A stretch of 59,111 nucleotides of DNA, counting the filler, from Jimgerdemannia flammicorona (taxonomy: Eukaryota): assembly GCA_003990765.1 (NCBI GenBank). It is 3 parts of 3 records of this genome, joined end to end, with 100 filler letters (N's around TTAATTAATTAA, not from the genome) between each part and the next. Parts side by side here need not be neighbours in the genome. Positions count along the whole stretch, not along the records: positions 19,746 to 39,378 come from RBNJ01001889.1; positions 39,479 to 59,111 come from RBNJ01001890.1; 1 more part is not named here. One strand, written 5' to 3'. How positions within the stretch are numbered: the stretch's first letter is position 1; every line of letters begins with the position of its first letter. Below the pieces are notes generated by a model, which saw only the letters and a list, made by a program, of their open reading frames with translations, did no database searches and had not been told where the DNA came from. The translations under genes were made by a program, and so were the position numbers. Positions 36,932-48,149 of this stretch are shown piece by piece.

Positions 36932-38517
36932 ATGCCCAAACCACACGCAGTCCAACTTAAGAGAAAGCGATCAAAGAACGAAGACAAAGGCCCTGTTATT
37001 CCAATGAAATTAAGGAGCCAAAAGAAACGTAAACTCTCGGATAGTGAGGAGGCCGCTCAAGGTAAATTGTTACCTTGTAACTGACTTGTTCTTTGCAAGT
37101 ATCTCGTGTGCCAAGCGATGATAATGTATGCTATATGCACCAACTCAAACTTACGATTTTCTTTTTATTTCAACAGGCGCCAACCGGCAATCACCTTCGC
37201 CAGGTACGTATAACTTATTCTAACAACTATATTGGTTTAGTCTGAGTATTTGGTGCACTCTGGGAAACGATTGTGGCCTGTTTCTCCTAGTGGTCGTGAT
37301 TTGACTTTGCCTTTGTGGGGTCGAACATGCTGCTCAGCTTTCCAAGAAAGCCCTCTGCAACTTGCCGTCTTTTATTCACATCCCCTCTTAACTCTCTTCT
37401 CTACGCATAGGACTTGAGGGTGAGGCCGGCGATGACCTTGTGATAAAAAAGGCCAGAACGTCCAAAACACGGGGTAAGCGAACAGTCATTCGAATGGTTA
37501 GAGTATCAATTTCTCTTCGGCAGTGCGTTTTCAGCTATGGGAGAAAGCGGCTAGGAACCATAGTTATGTAGAGCTCCATATTCTTGTACGTCCAGTTAAG
37601 ACAACATAGCTGATCATTCGCCCTGGTTTCTTCACTTCACGGCATCATCGATCTCAGGAAAGGCGATCTCAGGAAAGGCGTCGACGAATGAAATGCAGGA
37701 TAGGGGCGAGGTTAGAGCCAAGAGATATCGGCGTAAGGTGTAAAACCTTCATCTCGTTCTATTTGCCGGTTGCACTCCTAACATTCTCTGTTATGGCCTC
37801 ATAGAAGCACAAGACTGTCCTCGTCCCAACCAAGAAAACTACCTCCGACATCGACGATGACCAAATGACGGAAAGCAGTAATATTGCTGCAGAGGTAAAG
37901 TAACAATGAATCTCTCCTCTGTCTTAAACCTGAGAGATATGTTATCGTAACATTATCACAAATACCGTTCGTTGCATTATGTGATGGCTTTGTAGGCATC
38001 CGGAACCCTGGTCACTAAGGCAAGCACAACAGAAACTGGCCAGCCATTAAAGAGACGAAGACCTGCAGCTGCTGAAGAGATCGAGGTGCATTACTGCGTT
38101 ATATGTATTATATGATATACATGTTTCAAAGTATTAAGAGTTAGTAACACTAATTACCTTTGCAAATACAACGTTATGTCATGGCTTGGCAGACTTTCGG
38201 AAAAGCCTCACCCTCAGCCGCGGAATCTTCCTACGCCTCTTTTACCCCCCTCATCCCCGATTTTCTCCAACAAAAAAACGTCCGGGATTGGAACACCGAT
38301 GAGGTTTCTACCTTCCTGGATGCCAACAAAAATACCCAGTTCGGAGAAAAACACATTATAGTCATTCAAGAACAAGAAGTCGCTGGCATAGGCTTACTCG
38401 AGCTGACCGAGACAGACCTTATTGACAAGCCATACCATCTGAAAGGAGGTCCAGCAGCAGGGATCGACAGACTAGTTAAAGATCTAAAAGTTGCCAAGGG
38501 GCTCGTCAGCGGCTCTG
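36932..38517 (+). CDS. Multi-exon Lys/Arg-rich protein with a SAM-like domain, 3'-partial (exons ~36932-37061, 37177-37203, 37411-37473, 37658-37710, 37805-37894, 37997-38086, 38193-38517)
   Basis: Seven exons join in frame through GT-AG introns. NLS-like KRKRSK and KKRK. VRDWNTDEVSTFL...QEQEVAGIGLLELTETDL...GGPAAGI is SAM-like. Probably continues towards the gap. Confidence 0.75.
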
Positions 38518-39378
38518 GTAAGTGTCGCGTACATCTACTTTTTGCTTGGTCGGCGGACAGCCTGCTGCTTACTTTTTTTCATTTAATCACCCATCTCTAC
38601 CGTCATACTTATCCTTCGCCCCGCACACTTACTATCACCTGATTTCTTAACTTCCTGCTTTTCTCCCTCCCATTTCTCCTCAATCCTATCCATCCATCGA
38701 CTCCTCTATCCATGGCATCCATCCTTATCTAAACGTTGTTTTGTACATTCATCCATCCATCCATCCGATTGCTACTTTATCACATACATTTTGAATCGTT
38801 TTTAAACTAATGTTATACTCTTTTGTCTATTTCTTTTGCCTCGTTCGTGAATTGCTCTCTGTCACCATCAGCAGCTCCCCAAGGTATGTATTTCGTTGTT
38901 CCTTTTTGCTATTCTCCTTGGTTTCTATGCTGACTTTGACATCGACGTACTCATCGATTTTCGGCAAGCGGTTGCGTAAAAGAAGATATCTTAACTCGTT
39001 TCGAAACCACTCTCTTACTCTTTCATTTCTTTCCCGCTCGCGCCAATGCTACACTTCTTTCGTCGCCATTTCATTTCTTAACCGTTCACTCTTGCTCTTT
39101 TGCAACTTTGCCTCGCTCTCTCCATTGCCAACTAAGGTAAGCATTTGAATATATCATGCGCCTCTTTCTACGTCTATTTATTTCGGCAAACATGCAAACC
39201 TCATTTCTTTCCTCATTTTCTTAACGGCCCACTCTTTCTATTTCATTTTTGATTTGCGTTTCGCTCGTCTGTCCGTCCATCCACTCCGACTATTCCAGGT
39301 AATATATATAATTGTTATAATTATTCTGGAAAACCCTACTTTTTGAATGTCAGCGAACGGCTTGCTGTTTCGTTTTTT

Positions 39379-39478
39379 NNNNNNNNNNNNNNNNNNNNNN
39401 NNNNNNNNNNNNNNNNNNNNNNTTAATTAATTAANNNNNNNNNNNNNNNNNNNNNNNNNNNNNNNNNNNNNNNNNNNN
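39379..39478. other. Assembly gap with artificial TTAATTAATTAA linker
   Basis: N-runs with the linker. Confidence 0.97.
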
Positions 39479-41516
39479 CCCCATTCTCTAGTCCAATCCT
39501 ATAAGTCTACATCAGCCTCATACTGCACATCCTATAGTAAGAAAAGATCTGCATCCAGTCTCTTGAGGCAACCAAATATATATCTTTACTGAGCTACACC
39601 CCTCAATCCATTCATTTTCAAAGAGAAGATTCTAGTTGTACTGTTCATATTAAATAATATTTGATGTTAAGAGCCCAGCCTATTATTCTATGCTCATCTC
39701 ATCTCTAGCCAAATCTAAGTGCTACTCAGCTTTTAGATTACAGCCTGAGCATCCAATACCTCCAAGATTTCTTGACACTCCATCCTATCCACTACTTCTA
39801 TTTCCACCTAATAATCCACACAGACTACTTGCTACTTCTCCAACCCCTTTCTTGAACCCTACAAGTATGCTACTCAGTCATTTGCAATTACTCAAAGTTT
39901 CTCCTCCCTCTAATCATCCACTTGATATTCAACTGATTCCAAGAGAACTACCAGAATCTTCCTTGGTACCTCCTCACTATAAAGAATTTCCTCTCAATGC
40001 CTATCACCCATAACCCAGAAGTTCTCTCCCCCCAGCTCCTCTGCTGCCACCCCCTCCAGAGTCTTCCACAACCACTTCTCCTTGTCCACTGCCTCTGCAA
40101 CACCCTGGGTGATCCTTTCAACCCCCACCTCCAGGTCCACTAAAGTACTCCTCCTCACTGACTCATCTCACTCATTCTCTGGTACATCCAGTAGTTCCTC
40201 CTCACCCTCTGCTCCACCTAGGATACCATACCAAGAGAGTACTCTCTTGCTCATTTCCACATCTGCCTTCATGCCACCCTGTCCCTCCTCACTCAATCTA
40301 CTCTGGGCCCCACCTTGGGCTGTTCTGTGCTCCCCAGCCCAGGTACTCTCTCACAATCCTGTGCCACCTTCCTCTGCACCACTACCTGCCCCACTGTCTC
40401 CCAACCTCTCCAGTAGCTCCTTCTGGATTTGCCTCCCCTGTATCATCTTCCAGGTTGCCTGGTCCATTCTGATCCTTTTTCCATTGACCATTTCCACCAC
40501 TCTCCTGGCTTCATACTTCTTCTAAGCCAATCTTCTCCTCTCAACTGCTCCTGCCAGATCCTCAAGAGCCTCTAGCAAATCCTCCTCTTCTTTCAGTATC
40601 CCCTTCACCTACAAGACTTTGCACTCTACTAATCTCCACTTAAGAGTCACCAGCCAGTCCCTCATCTTCCCTTGATACCATAGAAAGATCTAATACCATC
40701 AACTGCACCACTCAGGGGTCCCAGCACATATACCTGGCCATAGGGACCACCACTCCACCCACTATTACCCCCTTCTCCATGGCCTCCAACAATGACACCT
40801 CTTTCTCAAACCCAACCTCAACTCCTTCTTTCCCCTTTAAGAACTTCACCGAAGCTGCCCCCTTTGCCTCCTGCACTACCAGTCCCAAGATCATCCTTGC
40901 AGTCACTACCAAGCCCTGGAAACATAATGTGATGACAAATTCTGACCTTGATTTCTTGAGTAACAGTGCTGACACCATACCCATCATGCCATCTGTCAGA
41001 TCTCCAGGCCTTGTGCCCACCCTCTGTCCTGAACTACTAACCACCATCATATCTGGATTTTTTTCCAGATCTCTAGTCATAGCTCCATCAGCAGTCACAT
41101 CTCCAGTCCCTACTCCCCCCCCTCCCCTAGTGCCCAACCCTCCCATGGAGACCCCTCTCTGTCCCCTAGCAGTAGCTGTCAACATCTTCCCCAGGCCTAG
41201 CCAGCTATCTAGACCAGATGTCATTCTCCCCATCTTGACCTTGTCTGCAAAGGTTGTCCTCTCTCCTCCTCATTGTCTCAATCCACCTCTTCCTCTACTA
41301 CTAGTGCTGCAGTCAGTTATAGAAGGCCCTGGCATTCCTAAATCATCACTCCTCCCCTTCTATATATGCTGCCAGCCAAAGGCACTGCCACCCCCCTGAC
41401 CAATATACTCACTAGAATGTATATTACTATCAATATTACTAGTCACCTTTTATTAAAAACATTATAAAAAGTATTGCCTGAGTCTTGTGTCACCTGAATG
41501 GAACTGGTGAAAGGTG
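39479..41516 (-). mobile_element. L1-like LINE (copy 4), more degenerate: 5' UTR, ORF1 with deletions, start of ORF2
   Basis: Homologous to copies 2 and 3; 5' end CACCTTTCACCAG at 41516. Confidence 0.9.
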
Positions 41517-41648
41517 TCCAGCTTTGACTATTATATCACTAAATACTAAGAATATTTTGTTGCTTTTAACAAAGTAACTGGGGGCTCAAGCCAAACTACA
41601 TCAACCCTCAATCTTATAATTTGCCTCTATTGAGCCAGACACATTATA
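41517..41648 (+). repeat. LTR fragment (3' end), inverted relative to the adjacent solo LTR and cut by the LINE
   Basis: About 132 bp is the reverse complement of 41655-41787. Confidence 0.85.
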
Positions 41649-41654
41649 ATATAT

Positions 41655-42922
41655 TGTAACATGCCTGGCTCAATAGAGGCAAATTATAAGGTTGGGGGTT
41701 GATGTAGTTTGGCTTGAGCCCCTAGTTACTTTGTTAAAAGCAATAAAATATTCTTAGTATTTAGTGGTATAATAGTCAAAGCTAGATATCTGCAAGCAAT
41801 TTTTATGTTGATTTCCTTATTGGGATAGTTCTCTGGGTATAGCAGTGATTTATATGTTTTTCCTTCTTAGTTGACAGGTAATTTCTGTATAGCACAGCAT
41901 TTTTCAAAAGTAGGTGATTTCTGTATGATGATCTTGTATAGTGTGACAATCTCTATATAGTATGGTGGGTTCTCTATGTGATTTCTATATGATGATCTCT
42001 GTATAGCACAATAATCTCCAAAAGTATACAATTTCTAGATAACTCAATTTGGGTGCAGATTCTCTGAAATAACTTACTGAGAATTATACTGGCAGCAGAT
42101 TCTTCTATACCAGACTTACTGGGAACAAACTAATGATCCAGATGGTATAGATAGCTCAGATAACTCAGATGACATAGATTCTTCTTGAATCAGCAGAGTT
42201 CTTCTAGGAATATTGAGTAACTCAAATATTACAGATTCTTTCTGAATTAGTAGACTCTTCTGAAAATAATAACTGACAGCAGATTCTTGACAAGGTATGT
42301 CAAAGACTGACTTCATTTGTGTGAAAAAATCACTGTGAAGTTGTGTCTAATAGACTGGCTTATGGCAAGATTTCTATGGGTTCTCTGAGAATGCAGATTT
42401 CTCTTCAAAAGGCAGTGAAGTTCTTTCTTGAACTTAGGTGGTAAACTCAGATTCCTCAGGCTTATCTGACAAGTGAACCAAAAACTGACTCATTCTTTAT
42501 ATCAGAAAGGGGACCAGAGTGGGAAAAGGTAAAGCTCACAATCTCCTAACAGTAGCTGTAGAGTTCCTCTCAAAGTATGGTAGGCAGACTTGTCTTTTGC
42601 TTTGGTTTCAATTTTAGACTAAGGTTTATTCACTCTTGTCTCTGGGGTATTTTATATATTATAGTTGCTATCTGGTTACTATGTTGCTAATTATAGATTG
42701 CTATCTATGATAGGTGTGCAGATTTGGCACAGGTGTGCAGGTCCAGCACATGTGTGCAGGTCCAGCACAGGTGTGCAGATCTGGCACAGATGTATCTTAT
42801 CTGGTAGTTCTGGCTATTTATACAGTTTTCTGCAGTAATGGTTGCTGTGTCAGGTTGCTATACTATGCATTTACATCATCTGACTAAGTTATAATTTGGG
42901 TGGTATGTTTTGGTTTGTCACA
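41655..42922 (-). mobile_element. Solo LTR (~1.27 kb)
   Basis: Termini TGTAAC...GTCACA, flanked by ATAT(AT) on both sides; homologous to 43936-45296. Confidence 0.88.
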
Positions 42923-43139
42923 ATATATAAATTTAGATATATATAATAAGAGAGATTTTTAATAGTTTAAAAATTAAAAAAAAAATTATATTTAACTAAA
43001 TATTAATTATAAGTTTTATTTCTTTAATATATTACTTAAATTTTATTTTTAGAAGAGCTGTAGTAAATAAATTGATAATTATGTACTCTGTTTAGATATA
43101 TAGTATAGTTTTCTATAAATTCTTAAATGAAATATATAA

Positions 43140-43182
<43 letters not shown>

Positions 43183-43234
43183 GTTCTGTTATATTATTTA
43201 AAGTTTTTTACTAGAGTAATTATTGACTAAATAT

Positions 43235-43586
43235 CTTATTTACTGAGCAGACTGACGAGCCCACTGCGAAGAAGACAAAGATGTCCATTTCTATGCCTGT
43301 AGAAGTATCTGTCAGGCAGGCTGATGAGCCCATCTTGAAGACCAAAATATCGGTTCCTATGTTGACCAAGAAGCCGGCTGCGCTATCCAAAGAACCTACA
43401 GAGAAGAAGGCCAAAAAGTCTACCAAGAATGAGAACACGGCACCCACAAATAATGGTGTCATGATACCAACCAAGAAGATGCCAACAAAGGAGGCGGTCA
43501 CATCTGAATCCACGTCTGTACCCACATCATGGCTGCAAAACCCGCAATAGAGAAAATGAAATCGAAGAAACACTGAAAAAATTGAG
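43235..43586 (+). pseudogene. Isolated CpG-retaining Lys/Thr/Pro-rich exon-like fragment
   Basis: Open frame of about 100 codons (TDEPTAKKTK...), followed by stops and a possible donor GAG|GTCGG; embedded in very AT-rich DNA. Confidence 0.45.
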
Positions 43587-43935
43587 GTCGGCGCAATATA
43601 GTACATTTGTATATGTTAGTCCCGTGGAGAAGAAATCCACCTGTAATTATAGTGTCCCAGCCGTTACCCTGTAGTACTCGCAATTTTAGATGAGAATATA
43701 ATGGTAAAAATATATATATATATACATAATCAGATTTCTTTAGTATATATAAATCAGTTAGAGGTAGCTTTTATTAATCTCACAAAATTGGAGAAGAGAG
43801 ACTGACAGGGCTTAAAAGAAGTTAAGAATGATGGTCTGGAGGCATTAGTCAATTCTCTAAGTTAAAATATAAGAGGTAGACATATCTTGAGTTAATTGAT
43901 ATATACTAGAGTTCTCAAGATATTAAACTAAATAT

Positions 43936-45296
43936 TGTAACGTGCCTGACTCAATGGAGGAAAATTACAAGGTTGGGGGTTGATGTAGTTTGGCTTGAGC
44001 CCCCAGTTACTTTGTCAAAAAGCAACAAAATATTCTAAGATTCCTGAGGTCCTTGTTGGTGTTTAGTGGTATAATAGTCAAAACTGGATATCTGCGAGCA
44101 ATTTCCTTATTGGGATGGTTCTCTGGGTGTAGCAGCAATTTGTGTGTGAATGGGTTTCCTTCTTGGGTCAACTGGGAATTGGTAGAAATTCGTGTGTAGC
44201 ATGATGATCTTCTTTATGCGTAACAGTCTGGCAATTTGGTGGTTCTCCTTATGCGATTTCTGCATGACGATCTCTGTATAGCGTGAGTGGATTCCTTATG
44301 TAGTACGATCTGGTAATCTGGCAGATAACTCAATTTGGCATGGATAATTTGAATAACTGGGAATAATGCTGATGGCAGATTCTTCTGTATTGGGCTCACT
44401 GGGAACAAACAACTCAGACGTCGTGGAAACTTGGATGGCACGAATCGGGTTCTTCTGGGAATAATAACTCAGGTGGTGTGGGTTCTTCTGGGAATGCAGA
44501 TAACTTGAAAACAGTGGATGACACAGGTTCTCCTGAATCAGCGGACTTCTTGAAAACAGCAGCTTCAACTGGGAAATAACTTGGATTCTTGGCAAGTTAC
44601 ATCTAGACTGGTTTTGTTTGTATGAATGGATCACTGCAAAGTTGCATCAAGAGACTGGCTTGTGGCAAGAAAGGTGGGCTCTCTGGGAATGCGGCAAATA
44701 ACTTGGAAATGGCAGCGAAGTTCTTCCTTGAACTTGGCGGCAAACTTCAGGCTTAGTCTGGCAAGCGTACCAATAGCGCGGCTTATTCCTTAAGTGGCAG
44801 GTTCTTCAGGCTTAGTCTGGCAAGCATACCAATAATTCCAAAGGCAGCGAAGTTCTTCCTCAAACTTGGCAGCAAATCTTCAAGCTTTGTATCAGAAAGT
44901 GGACCAGAGTGGGAATAAGGGGACAAATGCTCAATCTTTAGAGGCTTCTTTGGTTTGCACTTCAATTTGGACTGAGGTTTATTCACTCTTATCTCTGGGG
45001 TAATTTATACATTGTGGTTGCTATCTGGTTACTATGTGGCTAACTATAGATCTGCTACTTATGACAGATATACAGAGTCTGTACAGTGTACAGGACCTGT
45101 ACAGTGTACAGAGTCTGTATGGGTAAACAGACCCTTTCTGGTATGTCTGGCTAATTATAAGTGTGGTGGGCATGAGTAACTATGATACACTGGAAGTTAT
45201 GTCATGCTGGGAGCCTATGTCATCTGGTTAAGTATGCTAATTGTTCACGTCATCTGGCTAAGTTATAATTCGGGTGGTACATTTTGGTTTGTTACA
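43936..45296 (-). mobile_element. Solo LTR (~1.36 kb), younger copy
   Basis: Termini TGTAAC...GTTACA with 4-bp TSD ATAT. Minus-strand TATAAA...GTGAATAAACCTCAG is shared with the 27420-27886 LTR. Many CpGs retained. Confidence 0.92.
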
Positions 45297-46729
45297 ATAT
45301 AAATACAAGAATTCCACTAAGATAAAAGTAATGTCAACTATAATAAGAAGATTTTTATAGCTTACATAGATGAGATGGTAGTAAATAAGACTAAGACAGA
45401 CTTTGAAATCAATAGCAAAAGAAGTTTAATAGAAATTATTATTATTGTAATAAATATAAATATTATAAAAGTAATTACTATCTTAATAAAAGGAAATGTA
45501 TCTATTAAAATAAAGTTAATAAGAGTATATAAGAGTTCAATATAGTGGTAATATGAGGCTATATAACTGAGACTAACAACAGCAGTAATATATTTTTTTA
45601 TAATATTAAGCTATTTATATATGAACTATACTATAGAATATCTCTTTAAATTAGTGAGAAGTATTAATTCTATCATTTGAGGAATACTTTTAAGCTTACA
45701 AATAATAATAATAATAATATTAACTATATAAGTAATTATTTACATCACTTTTGCCGATTGGTCCATAAAAACGCAGTGCACATCGCCGTCTGTAAAGACT
45801 TCAAGGAAACGTCATATGACTTCGAATCTATATTTCCGATCACGTCCTCAACCACATTCACTCTTGCCTACTCGTCAGCCATGCGGCCACTCGGTTTGTG
45901 ATGCCGATGCATTAAAATTTTGGCAGATACAGGTACCGAAACAAGTCAGATAGAAACGCGTATGTCTTGCGATACCTGCGATCGTGCCTGCATTCTACAC
46001 AAAGGACGCTCGGGCTAGCACAGATGTCAATAGGCCCATCGTCTGACGCCCATCTCGGTGGTTCCGGAGTTCGATCACCAGCCAGTCTGTGTCGTGGGAT
46101 AGATGAATTCACCTATGCACATCGCCGAGAATTTTGGAACCAATCCCGATTCACGAAATTTGATCCTGCGTGACCACCTCGTCCATTTATCGAGGCTTTG
46201 GAGCAGATTGAATTGGATGCCCATGTTCTGGCGGAGGCTACCTGCGTCAATATGTTTGGCACTCTCGCTTGTCGCGCAATCAATTTCCGTCAGTTCACTT
46301 GGCCACGGTATATAAACTTGTGCATTGATCGATAAGAAAGCCTGCGATTTAACTCACATCACCCATAGCCCACAGAACATTCTTATAATATATATCAAAA
46401 TTCCGTTGAAAGAATTCCGTAATTGCTCATTGCAAATCATGCTGCAACCCTGGCCAAAATCTCCGACGTCAAATGCACGCAGAAATGCATACTACAAAAC
46501 TTGCTGCAACACCTGCTGCACCGCTCGCCCACTCCAACATCCAACTGACTAAATATAATTATCATAGCCCGTTTTTACGTATATTCTCAAATTACAGAGT
46601 TGTTTATTTTGCAAACAGCAGGCGTTAATCAAATCTGCAAATTCAATGCTTCAAACGCCGCAAATTAGAAATTCATTCATCCGATGAATATTTCTTGACT
46701 TGGAAATCGGTTGACGAGAGGAAAAATTA

Positions 46730-47404
46730 TCACTTGATATCGACTTGGTTTGTTTGCGTCCCTTGTTCAACGGGATCAAAATTTCCACTTGTCCTTGAAT
46801 CATTCATGTCTCTTCCGATACTAGATTCCGAGCTCACATTCGGCGTAGAAGGTTGGCTAGAGTTCACACCGAATGCGCCATATGGCATTGCCGCCGACGC
46901 TTCTAGAACATCTGTTGGAAAACCACGAATCTCGGTTGGAAATATGCCACCAGACCCGCGACGCAAGATTCCCTTTTGACGAACGTATAGCAAGATGGCG
47001 GGTGTTTCGGTTAACATTCCTCTTATCCTTTTGTAGCCAGTGCTCATGCCGACGAGGTTGTAGTGTGCTTCGCGGAACGATGTTCCCAGTTCATCATCCA
47101 GAGCTTCGTCAAATTCTTTCTGCAAATCTGGTGGGACCGCCATTATATTGTTTGGCGATGGGTCAAAGTCGGTGGATCCTGTCCCTTCTGCAATGAAATA
47201 AATCTTTTGACTATCGGCCATCGCTTCCATCTCGGGATTTGGGTGGTGTAAACCACGGGTCACAACGTAGACATGCCACGGTTTGTTGTCCGAAAGATTA
47301 TTCTCGATTCGACAACCCCAGAATATGTCAACGACGTTATTTTGATCGTACAGTTGGCGAAGGCGAGCCTCTTGTTCATCGCTCCACTCTTCGGTGCTAT
47401 CCAT
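46730..47404 (-). CDS. Protein with a NAL1-like protease N-terminal domain; catalytic trypsin-like domain not seen
   Basis: 224-aa ATG ORF with VGMSTGYKRIRGMLTETPAILLYVRQK...FPTEIRGFPTDVLE, the pattern preceding the protease in NAL1-type proteins (from memory). Confidence 0.65.
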   Translation of the reverse strand: MDSTEEWSDEQEARLRQLYDQNNVVDIFWGCRIENNLSDNKPWHVYVVTRGLHHPNPEMEAMADSQKIYFIAEGTGSTDFDPSPNNIMAVPPDLQKEFDEALDDELGTSFREAHYNLVGMSTGYKRIRGMLTETPAILLYVRQKGILRRGSGGIFPTEIRGFPTDVLEASAAMPYGAFGVNSSQPSTPNVSSESSIGRDMNDSRTSGNFDPVEQGTQTNQVDIK

Positions 47405-47510
47405 ATTCGGTGTTTCTAAATAATATTTATAAAATCGCCATTATTGATAAATGACAAATGTACAAGTAAATTTTAAAACCTAGAATCACCTCCAGGCATA
47501 CCCTGGGGAT

Positions 47511-48096
47511 TCAGCGGAGGCTCGCTTTCGTTTCGCTCCAAAGCCTCGGACAATGCGGGGGTTATCTCCGTGCCAGTCATGTCATCTGAAGATAAAAATT
47601 ATGCCGAAATCGTTAGGATGTTATTGCACAGATGTAAACAATATTATACATAATTCCAACATACCTGTAAGATCCGGCTCGACCATCATATCGTTTGGTT
47701 TCGACATCACGTACGGTGGATCCTGCTGCTCCGTCAGCGAACCGTCGTGCTCATGTTCCTGTCGCTGGCGATTCTCGCGCTCCAGCGGCGAGCCGCAGCG
47801 CTGCAAAGCATTCGCGAGGCTCCGAACTACGGCATCGACTGTCATCGGACCTTCCAGACGGTCCATGACCGACATCTGGGGCAAGCCGTCAGACTCCACT
47901 GTTGGGTACTGCGGGCCGACGATGGCGAAAAAAGGGAAAGATGTTGTTTGGAGCGTCGTGCTTACTAAATATATGGATGTTGGAGTGGGTAAGGTGAAGA
48001 TTGCGGTCGTGGTGTGGAGAGGTGGTGGCGAAGTGGAATATGTTAAATTCAAGAATTTGTTTGATCTTGAATTTTGAACGATTTGAACGAATGTCT

Positions 48097-48149
<53 letters not shown>

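Noticed and set aside
8960..45770. One giant element bounded by weak inverted similarity (GTGATGT.AAT) at ~8965 and ~45745
   Set aside because: The match is short and imperfect, has no TSD, and spans two assembly gaps.
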